A stretch of DNA of 20,245 bases. It comes from Candidatus Acidiferrales bacterium. GTDB taxonomy: Bacteria > Vulcanimicrobiota > Vulcanimicrobiia > Vulcanimicrobiales > Vulcanimicrobiaceae. Both the position numbers and the translations under genes were made by a program. Of this stretch, positions 1 to 8,034 are shown piece by piece. Below the pieces are notes generated by a model. That model was not told the origin of the DNA, made no database searches, and was given only the letters and a program-made list of their open reading frames with translations. The stretch spans positions 1 through 20,245 of the forward strand of contig DATJTD010000209.1 of the NCBI GenBank assembly GCA_035503775.1, written 5' to 3'. Positions within the stretch are counted from its first letter, which is position 1. Every line of letters begins with the position of its first letter.

Positions 1-77
1 CTATGTTGCCGTCGAAGAGAGTGCGCCGGGGAGTACCTTTACGATCAAGTTACCGTCAGGAAAACCGATGCAGGCAA

Positions 78-674
78 ATGTCGTCCCGCTTCCCTTTTAC
101 GATGCGGACAATGCTCGTCAGCAGCTCTGATCCCCCTCTCGTGGTGGCGGCGGAGATGCGTCTTGCCGATCTTTCGGCGTGGCCGCGAGCGGGCCTCAAG
201 GGAGCCGCTGCGACCGCGTGGCTAAAAGCCCGTGGTGCAATGCTCCCGGACGTGCACCGAGCAACGGTGCAGCCGGATGGGCATGTACTGGCCCGCTTAG
301 GGCCGAGCGAATACCTTGGTCTCGCATGCACGCCCGACGCCGTGCATCCGGCTGGCTTGCCGGCGTTTTCCGTCGGCGGTGACAACGAGCCCGGGCTCTG
401 TCCCGTGCCGCGCTTCGATGCAAATGCATGGTTCGTCGTTGTCGGCTCTCGCGCAGCCGAGATGCTGGCGAAAATCTGCGGAGTCGACTTGCGCGCCAAA
501 ACGTTTGCGGATGCCACGGTTGCCCAGACCATCGTCGCGCGCGCGAGCGCGATCGTCATTCGAGACGACCTCGATGGTGTGCTCCGGTATCATCTGCTGG
601 TCGACCGCACGATGTCGGCGTACCTGTGGGACGTTCTCCGTGACGCGATGACGGAGTTCTCCCCTCAAAAATAA
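78..674 (+). CDS. Sarcosine oxidase gamma-subunit (SoxG)-like family protein. The ORF in the track begins upstream at 3, but I chose the internal ATG at 78; the ATG at 102 is also possible.
   Basis: Around 190 aa. Segments such as LADLSAWPRAGLKGAAATAWL and LARLGPSEYL match my memory of the SoxG / GcvT-like folate-binding fold. The family call rests on recall only. Confidence 0.4.
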   Translation: MSSRFPFTMRTMLVSSSDPPLVVAAEMRLADLSAWPRAGLKGAAATAWLKARGAMLPDVHRATVQPDGHVLARLGPSEYLGLACTPDAVHPAGLPAFSVGGDNEPGLCPVPRFDANAWFVVVGSRAAEMLAKICGVDLRAKTFADATVAQTIVARASAIVIRDDLDGVLRYHLLVDRTMSAYLWDVLRDAMTEFSPQK

Positions 675-1132
675 CGATTGAAAACTAAGAACTCTTCGTC
701 GCGGACGTACCCCTGCGACCGATAGAGGGCTTGGGCCGTAAAGTTGTCGACGGCCGTGCTTAAGGTCAGGCCGATTGCTCCGGTCTCATGGGCGTGCTGC
801 TCCGCGCGCTGCATCAAACGGCCGCCGATGCCGTGTTTGCGATAGCGCGAATCGACGAAGAGATCGTTCAGGATCCAGAAGACGCCGATCGATACGGAAC
901 TGAACGAAGGGAAGAGCTGAACGAATCCGGCGTTCGCATCCTCCACGGTTGCAAAGAAGAGGACGGTCTCCCGGCGCTGCCACCGTTCTGCTAGGAACGC
1001 ATAGGAGGCGGCGAGATCGGACGGCTGCCGGTAGAAGACACGATACGCGTCGAACAGCGGTGCAACACGCGCCACGTCCTCAAGGCTTTCGGCGAGGCGA
1101 ATCTGCACGGATGCCGGTGAAGGCTCAGTCAT
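665..1132 (-). CDS. GNAT family N-acetyltransferase
   Basis: Acetyl-CoA binding-like core (RYRKHGIGGRLMQRAEQHA) and GNAT fold segments. I chose the ATG at 1132 (MTEPSPASVQIRL...) over the longer ORF starting at 1252. Its 3' end overlaps the SoxG-like gene by 10 bp in convergent orientation. Confidence 0.7.
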   Translation of the reverse strand: MTEPSPASVQIRLAESLEDVARVAPLFDAYRVFYRQPSDLAASYAFLAERWQRRETVLFFATVEDANAGFVQLFPSFSSVSIGVFWILNDLFVDSRYRKHGIGGRLMQRAEQHAHETGAIGLTLSTAVDNFTAQALYRSQGYVRDEEFLVFNRYF

Positions 1133-1483
1133 AGCGCAAATATCGTCGCACGGCTCCATCAGCCCTGCGGTGATTTGTAACACGGCTCGGAAGACACGCC
1201 GATGCCGTGCGGGCATCGTCGATGCGAGATCCGCACTGCTGCCGGCCGTCACCCGTCACCCGTCACCCGGCTGCCGCCTTCATACGCGTTAAGCCGCGTC
1301 CGCGTTGCAGATAATCCAGACGGGGCTGCTCAGTTTGGCGCTAGCCTCTTGACGAGCGGACTCACAGCGCGCGGCGGGAATCTTTTAGAAGCCTTGCACG
1401 CCTCTGGCGCGGGGCCAAAGGCAAATGTATCGGCCACTTGCCAACCTCGTGTGTGGTACGCCACAGCCGGTGGAGAGGGAATT

Positions 1484-1945
1484 ATGAGGCAAAAAAGGAG
1501 GCCGTTCATAACCAGGATAGCTTTTGCTGTGGTTGGTTTTGCTATGCTCCTTACACCGTTCGGCACTGCAGGCGCGCAGTCGGAGGCCTCGTTTTAACCG
1601 CAGCAACCGAGCGGTGTAAAGACCTATACAGCTACCGGCATCTTAGAGCTGTATGGCCGCGGCAATGAAAGCGGAGAATTCTCGATTAAGAACGCGAGAG
1701 GTGCGACTCTCTGGTTCTTCATTGGTTCGCCAATGACAGTTAACGGCACCGCCGTTTGGTGTGGTATACCACCCACCGTAAGCGCGACGGCGAACCCAAT
1801 ACTTTGCTCTGACTGGCCGGACAACATTGTGCTCGGAAGTACCACGGTGAGAGTGGTTTACTGGAAGACGGAATACAACGGCAAATCCGTGATGGTTTCT
1901 AATCAGATAAACTCGGTGAATAGCCCGGCGCCGGGTGCGACCTGA
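1484..1945 (+). pseudogene. Small secreted Cys-containing protein interrupted by an in-frame TAA at 1595-1597. A 37-aa signal peptide ORF (1484..1597) is followed in the same frame by a ~115-aa open segment (1598..1945).
   Basis: GGAGAGGG lies 5 nt upstream of ATG 1484. MRQKRRPFITRIAFAVVGFAMLLTPFGTAGAQSEASF is a textbook signal peptide with an AGA-Q cleavage site, then comes TAA. The same frame stays open for 348 nt with no convincing restart. The locus is visibly A/T-richer than its flanks. Confidence 0.35.
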
Positions 1946-2144
1946 GCTCGCGGGTACTGGCGTGGGTCGCGAGTCTGTGAGCCTTGAGCGGCTACGGTTG
2001 TGTTTAGGCTCGCCTGCACGCTGGGCCCTCTTTCGCTTAGAGCGATCAACGAAAGCTATCTCCCTCGGGTCGACCTTGGGGTGGTAAGTCCCGGGGGCCG
2101 AACGCTATTACGATCCGTTGCTCTCGCGGAGAGATTCTCAGATT

Positions 2145-2181
2145 GAATCCGCCTTTGCCGCCCCCGGGCGCCGGCGGATTC
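2145..2181. other. GC-rich perfect 9-bp inverted repeat (GAATCCGCC ... GGCGGATTC) with a 19-nt loop, lying between convergent genes. It may act as a bidirectional terminator or as a REP-like hairpin.
   Basis: The arms at 2145-2153 and 2173-2181 are exact reverse complements. No clean U-tract follows on either strand. Confidence 0.3.
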
Positions 2182-2200
2182 TCAATGAGCCGGCCGAGCG

Positions 2201-3421
2201 TCACGCGTACGTGCGCGTGACGTCGGCCTCGCCGACGGTGCGGTAGAAGGCGTTATCGGTCTCTTTCATTTGCGGTGCCCAGGGGTCGATTTGTTTGTGC
2301 GCCGTGGGGAAATGGACGGTAGGGCCGACGGCGTCGCTATAGTCGCTGTCGTTGAAGGGGCCGAAATCGGACGATTCGGCGTGCGCAAGCACGGTTGCGC
2401 CGATGGCGTTCACGGCGTCGGCAGCTGCCTTGCGCAGCGTGGGGTCGAGCCGGGTGTCTTGGGCGAAGGTCTGATAGAGTGCCATCGCCGGACGGTCGGC
2501 GCGCCACGGGAGCTGCTTGCCTTCCGGGAAGCGCACCATGCCGTCGATGCTCTTGGCATCTTCACGGACGGCGGCTTTCTCGTTTGCGTCGTGCCCGGCG
2601 TTGACGAGCGCCGCGTTGAGGGTCTTGACACTCGTCTCGACGGCAGCCGTCTTCTTGGGATCGAGGTCGATCACATCGAACGCCGCGGACGGAGCAAAGC
2701 CGCCCAGACCGCCATATTCCGTCTTCATCGTCCGGTCGACGAGTGCGTGCGCCATCGCGTTGGGATCGTCGAGGTGTTTGACGACGTCTTCGGCGACGGT
2801 TGAGGGAACGCCGGGAGCGAGCATGGTTTCGGGCGATGCGGCCAGATACGCGACGCCTGCGTGCGAAAGCGCCGACGAGAACGCGAGCGTCGCCATCAGG
2901 CATTGGTTTGCCACCACGCCGTCGACTCTCCGGTCCGCGTCTTCGGGGTGCTCCTTTGCGTGGAGGGCGACGCCGTCGGCGATCGCACCGGCGATGTCGT
3001 CGGCGCGCATGATCCCCAGACCGTGGTCGGCTTCGAGACCGCCACCGTCGCCGCCACCATGATCGATCAAATCGAGCCAGGTCTGCGACGCGCCGGCTTT
3101 CTGCGCGTTGTCGAGCGTGCGCGCGACGAACTGCGTGAGGTTGTCACGCGACGACATGTCGTGTGGTGAATCGCTGCTCACATGCGAGAGCGTGCCGTCG
3201 TCGATTTGATACTGATCGGTGTGCAAACGCGTGCCGCTCGCGAAGCCGCGCTGCGCAGTCGTATCCTCGACGGTGAATTCGATGGAGCCGTCGCGTGCGC
3301 TCAGTGCGCGCGCCTGTGCGATCGTGGCTTCTTGAACATGATCGAGATTGTTGTCGCCGTCGCGATAGAGCCCGAATTCGAGCTTGCGAGATGTGGATCG
3401 GTCCTGCACCGGTGCGAGCAT
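2201..3421 (-). CDS. Clostripain-family (MEROPS C11) cysteine peptidase
   Basis: YRDGDNNLD motif, His in LIDHGGGDGGG and the catalytic Cys in ANQCLMAT, the same order as the clostripain motif (DACLM). ATG 3421 is preceded by GGAGGA. A longer ORF runs to 3595 and would add an N-terminus with a lipobox-like LIAC motif, so the start is unresolved. Confidence 0.7.
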   Translation of the reverse strand: MLAPVQDRSTSRKLEFGLYRDGDNNLDHVQEATIAQARALSARDGSIEFTVEDTTAQRGFASGTRLHTDQYQIDDGTLSHVSSDSPHDMSSRDNLTQFVARTLDNAQKAGASQTWLDLIDHGGGDGGGLEADHGLGIMRADDIAGAIADGVALHAKEHPEDADRRVDGVVANQCLMATLAFSSALSHAGVAYLAASPETMLAPGVPSTVAEDVVKHLDDPNAMAHALVDRTMKTEYGGLGGFAPSAAFDVIDLDPKKTAAVETSVKTLNAALVNAGHDANEKAAVREDAKSIDGMVRFPEGKQLPWRADRPAMALYQTFAQDTRLDPTLRKAAADAVNAIGATVLAHAESSDFGPFNDSDYSDAVGPTVHFPTAHKQIDPWAPQMKETDNAFYRTVGEADVTRTYA

Positions 3422-3560
3422 GTGTCCTCCGACAAGAGCGAGTGGTGTCGGAGCCTCTATCGCGACGGCGCCGGCGGCCGGCAAGGGCTCACGCCGGATG
3501 TAAAGTTGCCGATAAGTGGTACAAGCGATTAGGAAGGAGAGGCACGTGGATGGAGCCGGG

Positions 3561-3815
3561 ATGAAGAACACCGTGTACAGCCGGGCGCTGGCCATTGGCG
3601 GGACGGCTTTGGCGCTCGTCCTCGCGGAGACGTTCTATATGGGCCAAACGGCAAGCCAAGCGCCCCCGGTTGCTCCGCTCGCGGCGCCCGTGAGCCACCC
3701 GGCCGATTCGAAATTCACGCTCACGCTGCCGCGCCCACCCGCGCCGGTGTCGCACAAGCCTTCAAAGCCCATCATCGGCCTGATCAGTAGCGCGGGCCAG
3801 CGGCCGCGGGGCTGA
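3561..3815 (+). CDS. Hypothetical small secreted Pro-rich protein (84 aa)
   Basis: GGAG lies 5 nt upstream of ATG 3561. The N-terminal hydrophobic segment MKNTVYSRALAIGGTALALVLA is followed by a Pro-rich tail. The gene overlaps the 3' end of the minus-strand gene by 54 bp and could be spurious. Confidence 0.25.
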   Translation: MKNTVYSRALAIGGTALALVLAETFYMGQTASQAPPVAPLAAPVSHPADSKFTLTLPRPPAPVSHKPSKPIIGLISSAGQRPRG

Positions 3816-4601
3816 TCCCGGACACGGGTCGAGCAGGGTATAGCCGTCGGGGCCGGTGCGCCGGACCGCGAGCACGGTCGCTGGTTTCTGCTCGGTTTCG
3901 AGGTCGTAGTCGGGTGGCGGCGGTTGCATCGTCGTCGTGAAATTGGGATTGCTGTCGTTCTGCGCTGAGAACGGGTTCTGGGCGTCGTTCGCATAGACGA
4001 AGGGCCAGCCGAGATCGTCGGTCACCGTCTCACCGTTGCGCAAATGAACGAGAATCTCGACCCAGACGTATTCCTTCCCGCTGCGTCTCTCTTGGTGTGT
4101 CGCCTCGAATTCGACGTAGCCGCAGGGAGCAGTCGCAGCGTCGGAGCCGGTCCCCTCACCCACGCCGGCGACGCCGGAGCTGGTGCCCGCGTCGCCGCCG
4201 CTGCCGACTCCGACGCCCGCGCCCACGCCCATACCGCCGTCGGCAACGCCCGCGCCGGTGTTTTCAGCGAAGGAGACGCGCTGCGGATGAAGCGGAACCG
4301 GCGGCGGCGTCACGAGCGAAAGATGCCGGTGCGCTGCCAATCCGCCACGCGTCTTGCGCATCGGTGCGGCGGCTTTGGGCGCCGGGGCGTAGACCGCAAA
4401 CACCGGTGCGATCGAGGCTCGCGGTGGCGGCGTCACCGGGGGCGTCGGGCGCGGAGCCGGAGTCGGTGCGGGTGTGCGCTGCACGATCGTCACGCGCTCG
4501 CTGATCGTGCGGTCGATTTCGGCAACCGGCTGCGGCACGGTGGAGAAGAAGACGCCGGCGATTGCGTGCAACGCGATCGCTAGGAAAAAAGCGAGAAGCA
4601 A
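3762..4601 (-). CDS. Membrane-anchored hypothetical protein with a TonB-like N-terminal architecture: TM segment, Pro-rich linker, Gly-rich tract and a C-terminal two-Cys domain of unknown function.
   Basis: TM segment RRRLLLAFFLAIALHAIAGVFF, linker TPAPTPAPRPTPPVTPPP, Gly-rich GVGAGVGVGSGGDAGT, then a domain with no TonB C-terminal signature. The start is unresolved: TTG at 4601 or GTG at 4667. The ATG at 4964 would overlap the upstream small gene. Confidence 0.4.
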   Translation of the reverse strand: MLLAFFLAIALHAIAGVFFSTVPQPVAEIDRTISERVTIVQRTPAPTPAPRPTPPVTPPPRASIAPVFAVYAPAPKAAAPMRKTRGGLAAHRHLSLVTPPPVPLHPQRVSFAENTGAGVADGGMGVGAGVGVGSGGDAGTSSGVAGVGEGTGSDAATAPCGYVEFEATHQERRSGKEYVWVEILVHLRNGETVTDDLGWPFVYANDAQNPFSAQNDSNPNFTTTMQPPPPDYDLETEQKPATVLAVRRTGPDGYTLLDPCPGSAPRPLARATDQADDGL

Positions 4602-4630
4602 ACGCCGCCGGCTGTTGGCGACGAAGCGCT

Positions 4631-4858
4631 CTACGACGGGTAGACGCCGTACGTTCGGTAATACCACGCGCGAATGACTTGTGCGCTCGGGTAGAGGCCG
4701 TATCTGCGGTAGTACCACGCGCGATAGAGTGAGACGCGCCGTGCCTGCTGTGCATCCACATGCGGAGCGTGCAGCGAAAACGCCGCCGTCGCAGGAACGG
4801 CAGTTGGCCCAAGTGCGATCGTCGCCAGAGCCAGCGTTGCCAGAATGCGCTTCAACAT
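4631..4858 (-). CDS. Small secreted peptide (75 aa) with two Tyr/Arg-rich repeats, RAWYYR(R/T)YG(L/V)YPS.
   Basis: ATG 4858 has a GGAAGAGA-like Shine-Dalgarno (SD) sequence. The signal peptide is MLKRILATLALATIALGPTAVPATAA. The mature ~49 aa carries a duplicated 13-aa motif encoded by a tandem DNA duplication. Third-position GC slightly favours this frame over the overlapping frame. Confidence 0.4.
   Translation of the reverse strand: MLKRILATLALATIALGPTAVPATAAFSLHAPHVDAQQARRVSLYRAWYYRRYGLYPSAQVIRAWYYRTYGVYPS
4638..4739. repeat. Imperfect tandem direct duplication of ~51 bp, two copies: GGGTAGA(C/G)GCCGTA...TACCACGCGCGA...
   Basis: Unit 1 (4638-4688) and unit 2 (4689-4739) align at about three quarters identity. 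Both contain (A/G)TACCACGCGCGA. Confidence 0.5.
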
Positions 4859-4912
4859 GCGGTGTCTCTTCCGACGAGTGCTCGGCTGCGCCTCGTTGCT
4901 CAGGAGGTTCCT

Positions 4913-5482
4913 GTGCGACCCGCACGAACCGCGCTGATGCCCTACGGAGGAGAAGGCTTGCCAAATACGCTGCATCTCGAATCGCTCATACGGGCGATCC
5001 CCGATTTTCCGTTGCCGGGGATTCTCTTTCGTGATATCACGCCGCTGCTCAAAGATGCCGACGGCTTCAAGGCTGCGATCGACCTCTTCGTCGACCGCTT
5101 CGCCAAGGAAGACATCGAACTCGTGGTCGGCATCGAGGCGCGTGGCTACATGCTGGGCGCCCCGCTGGCGTATCATCTAGGTGCCGGCTTCGTCCCGGTC
5201 CGCAAGCCCGGCAAACTTCCAGGCACGAAGATTACCGAGGAGTACGCCCTCGAATACGGCACCAACTCGCTCGAAATCCATGAAGATGCCGCCGTTGAAG
5301 GCCAGCGGGTCCTGGTGGTCGACGATCTGCTGGCAACCGGCGGCACCGCCGCTGCGACCGGGCGTCTCATGAGCCGGATCGGCGCCGAAGTCGTCGGCTA
5401 CGCCTTCCTGATCGAGCTCGAGGCGCTCCAGGGGCGCCGCAACCTCCCCCCGGATAAGGTGACAGCCTTTATCAAGTACTGA
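4913..5482 (+). CDS. apt: Adenine phosphoribosyltransferase
   Basis: PGILFRDITPLL, VGIEARGYMLGAPLA, GFVPVRKPGKLPG and the PRPP motif VLVVDDLLATGGTA. These are collinear with E. coli Apt as I remember it. AGGAGG lies 5 nt upstream of GTG 4913; ATG 4937 is an alternative start. Confidence 0.9.
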   Translation: MRPARTALMPYGGEGLPNTLHLESLIRAIPDFPLPGILFRDITPLLKDADGFKAAIDLFVDRFAKEDIELVVGIEARGYMLGAPLAYHLGAGFVPVRKPGKLPGTKITEEYALEYGTNSLEIHEDAAVEGQRVLVVDDLLATGGTAAATGRLMSRIGAEVVGYAFLIELEALQGRRNLPPDKVTAFIKY

Positions 5483-5498
5483 AACTTTCCGGCCTCCA

Positions 5499-5532
5499 GG
5501 GCGCCGGAGCGGGGCGGGCGCCCGCTTTCTTC
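5499..5532 (+). terminator. Intrinsic terminator downstream of apt
   Basis: A 7-bp GC stem (GGGCGCC at 5499-5505 pairing with GGCGCCC at 5517-5523), an 11-nt loop, then GCTTTCTTC. Confidence 0.45.
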
Positions 5533-5533
5533 A

Positions 5534-5566
5534 TAGACACCTGGTCTACCGGTGTGGCATTATAGG
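5534..5566 (+). promoter_or_regulatory. Candidate sigma70-like promoter for rel: TAGACA, 18-nt spacer, TGgCATTAT extended -10.
   Basis: Hexamer similarity only. The RBS AAGG lies 5 nt upstream of ATG 5581. Confidence 0.2.
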
Positions 5567-5580
5567 TGGACTAAAGGCCT

Positions 5581-7764
5581 ATGCACACCACCACCGCCCC
5601 TATCGATAGTCTCATCGCCAAAGTCCGGACCTACGACCCGTCGGTCGACCCGGAGTGGCTGTACGCGGTCTACGAGCTGGCGGACCGGGCGCACGACGGC
5701 CAGTTGCGCGCCTCGGGCGAGTCGTACATCGAACACCCGGTCGCTGTCGCCCAAATCCTCGCCGACATGGAGATGGACAAGGCGACGATCGCCGCCGCCA
5801 TCTTGCACGACGTCGTGGAAGACACCGTCGTGACCGGCGAAGAGGTCGCGGAAAAATTTGGCTCCGAGATCGCTCAGCTGGTCGAAGGGGTCACCAAGCT
5901 CACGCGGATTCCCTATCAGTCAAAGGAAGATGCCCAGGTCGAAAACCTGCGCAAGATGTTCCTGGCGATGGCGAAAGACATCCGCGTCATCATCATCAAG
6001 CTCGCCGACCGCTTGCACAATATGCGGACCTTGGCGAGCCTGCCGCCTGCCAAGCAGCAGACGATCGCCAAAGAGACGATCGAGATCTATGCGCCGATCG
6101 CCCACCGCTTAGGCATCTGGAAGATCAAGTGGGACCTCGAAGATCTCGCTCTGCGCTATCTCGACCCCGACGCCTACCGTGACATCTCCGACCGCGTCGC
6201 CAAAAAGCGCGCCGAACGCGAGGCATCGGTCACCAGCGTCGTCGAGCAGTTGCGCCGGCAGTTCGAAAAACTCGGGATCAAAGCCGACATCACCGGGCGC
6301 CCGAAACACTTCTACTCGATTTACTCGAAGATGCGCAAGGGGCGCGACTTCTCGACGATCTACGATCTCACCGCCGTGCGGATCATCGTCGACTCGGTCA
6401 AGGATTGTTATGGTGCGCTCGGTATCGTGCACTCGTTCTGGAAGCCGCTTCCAGGCCGGTTCAAAGACTACATCGCGATGCCCAAGCCCAATATGTACCA
6501 GTCGCTGCACACCACGGTGGTCGGGCCGGGCGGCGATCCGCTCGAAGTGCAGATTCGGACGCTCGAGATGCACCGCACCAGCGAATTCGGCATCGCCGCG
6601 CACTGGCGGTACAAAGAAGGCGGAAAACTCGACAACTTCGAGGAGAAGCTGACCTGGCTGCGCTCGTTGCTCGAGTGGCAGAACGACATGCGCGACTCGC
6701 GCGTCTTCATGGAGAACCTCAAGCTCGATCTCTTCGATTCGCAGGTCTTCATTTTTTCGCCCAAGGGCGACGTCTTTTCGATGCAGTCGCGTGCGACGCC
6801 GCTCGACTTCGCCTATCACGTGCACACGGGCGTGGGCAATCACTGTGTCGGCGCGAAGGTCAACGGGAAGATCGTGCCGCTCGATTACGAGCTGCACAAC
6901 GGTGACATCTGCGAGATTCTAGTCAACAAGAGTTCGCGGCCGTCGCTGGGCTGGCTCTCGATCGTGCGCACCTCGAGTGCCAAGCACAAGATCAAACAGT
7001 ACTTCCGCAAAGAGCGCAAAGAAGAGAACGTGCTCATCGGCCAAGAGGCCGTCGAACACGAACTGGCGCGCCAGCATTTGCGACCGGATGCGGCACGCGG
7101 CGAGATCATCGAGAAAATCGCCAAGCGTTTGAATTACGCGACGGTCCCCGACCTGTTTGCGGCCGTCGGGTTTGGCGATGCGTCGGCCGTTTCGGTGGTT
7201 ACCCGGCTCAAAGAGGAACTCAAAGCGGACAACGTCGTGGAACTCTCGGCGCTGCAACGCTTGCCGACGGCGCCGCGGCGCGTCTCGCGCAACGCTAGCG
7301 GCGTGCGCATCGCGGGCGTCGACGACGTGCTCGTGCGGCTCTCGAAGTGTTGTAGCCCGGTGCCGGGCGATCCGATCATGGGCTACGTTACGATCGGCAA
7401 GGGGGTCTCGGTGCACCGTGCGGATTGTCCCAACGTTGCGTACATGAGCAATATGCCCGAACGTATCTTACAAGCCTCGTGGGGCCAGCTCGACGAACTC
7501 ACGCACGCGGTCGACGTCGAAGTCGAAGCGATGGACCGCCCGGGCCTCCTCCAAGAAGTGATGGCCGTCTGCGCCGAGTTCAAGACCAACGCATCCTCGG
7601 TTACCGCGCGCACCAAGCGGGACAAGACCGCACTCGTCAGTCTCACCTTGCAGATTCGCGACCTCGACCATCTGCACCGAGTGATCGAGAAGTTACGCAC
7701 GATCAAAGATGTGCGCAACGTCTACCGCGCGACCAAACGCGAAGCACGGGTGAGCGGCGGCTAA
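5581..7764 (+). CDS. rel: Bifunctional (p)ppGpp synthetase / hydrolase of the RelA/SpoT family
   Basis: HD hydrolase motif (ILHDVVEDT), synthetase region (RIKWDLEDL...GRPKHFYSIYSKM...YQSLHTTV), TGS region (VFIFSPKGDV) and a C-terminal ACT region. 727 aa. Confidence 0.95.
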   Translation: MHTTTAPIDSLIAKVRTYDPSVDPEWLYAVYELADRAHDGQLRASGESYIEHPVAVAQILADMEMDKATIAAAILHDVVEDTVVTGEEVAEKFGSEIAQLVEGVTKLTRIPYQSKEDAQVENLRKMFLAMAKDIRVIIIKLADRLHNMRTLASLPPAKQQTIAKETIEIYAPIAHRLGIWKIKWDLEDLALRYLDPDAYRDISDRVAKKRAEREASVTSVVEQLRRQFEKLGIKADITGRPKHFYSIYSKMRKGRDFSTIYDLTAVRIIVDSVKDCYGALGIVHSFWKPLPGRFKDYIAMPKPNMYQSLHTTVVGPGGDPLEVQIRTLEMHRTSEFGIAAHWRYKEGGKLDNFEEKLTWLRSLLEWQNDMRDSRVFMENLKLDLFDSQVFIFSPKGDVFSMQSRATPLDFAYHVHTGVGNHCVGAKVNGKIVPLDYELHNGDICEILVNKSSRPSLGWLSIVRTSSAKHKIKQYFRKERKEENVLIGQEAVEHELARQHLRPDAARGEIIEKIAKRLNYATVPDLFAAVGFGDASAVSVVTRLKEELKADNVVELSALQRLPTAPRRVSRNASGVRIAGVDDVLVRLSKCCSPVPGDPIMGYVTIGKGVSVHRADCPNVAYMSNMPERILQASWGQLDELTHAVDVEVEAMDRPGLLQEVMAVCAEFKTNASSVTARTKRDKTALVSLTLQIRDLDHLHRVIEKLRTIKDVRNVYRATKREARVSGG

Positions 7765-7784
7765 TTCGCAATTTTCAGTGCGAA
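7763..7784. repeat. Hairpin motif copy A: AATTCGCAATTTTCAG-TGCGAA, a 6-bp inverted repeat TTCGCA/TGCGAA.
   Basis: It shares a 13-14 nt core, AATTCGCA(A)TTTTC, with copy B at 8035. Confidence 0.3.
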
Positions 7785-7974
7785 AGTTCTCAGGACGGAG
7801 ATATCGACCTTAGTTTTCACGGTCGAAGAAGGACCGGCAGGCTCTCCACGGCGGCAGAACCGTCAGTGATAGTCGCATACGTCAATCCACATCGCTTCCT
7901 TTTCCATCCTGACGAAGCGAATACGGTAGTGGTCATTGATCCGTATGCTGCACCGGTCTCCGCGACGGACGCAG

Positions 7975-7988
7975 CGAACAAGCGTTCG
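7975..7988. promoter_or_regulatory. LexA (SOS) box-like palindrome CGAACAAGCGTTCG, i.e. GAAC-N4-GTTC of the Cheo-box type.
   Basis: The core is a perfect 14-bp palindrome matching the Gram-positive / Actinobacteria / Chloroflexi LexA consensus CGAACRNRYGTTCG. It lies in the 390-bp A/T-richer intergenic region, 167 bp upstream of the SPFH gene. Confidence 0.35.
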
Positions 7989-8034
7989 ACTCTCTGAGCG
8001 CATTCCGTGGCCTCGGACGCGGCCGATCAAAACG

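Noticed and set aside
3-77. N-terminal 25 codons of ORF 3..674
   Set aside because: The ORF is open from the window edge. The internal ATGs at 78 and 102 give a length typical of SoxG-like proteins, so the extension is probably untranslated.
3762-4601. Calling the Pro-rich membrane protein TonB
   Set aside because: The N-terminal TM plus Pro-rich architecture is TonB-like, but the C-terminal domain lacks anything resembling the TonB C-terminal fold motifs.
4667-4964. Long N-terminal extension of the 3762..4964 ORF (MASLLLRRASARF...)
   Set aside because: It overlaps, in another frame, the small signal-peptide gene 4631..4858, which has better start-site features. The membrane protein more likely starts at TTG 4601 or GTG 4667. 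This is unresolved and flagged in the findings.
6109-6897. Long minus-strand ORFs (6109..6897, 6919..7416, 7383..7718 and others) and several plus-strand off-frame ORFs inside rel
   Set aside because: They are antisense or out of frame to an unambiguous RelA/SpoT gene. Stop-poor ORFs of this kind are expected in roughly 65% GC DNA.
7764-7997. Continuation of frame 7425..7997 past the rel stop as a small protein (possible GTG-start 44-aa ORF)
   Set aside because: It has no SD and no ATG. The frame is open only because of the local composition.
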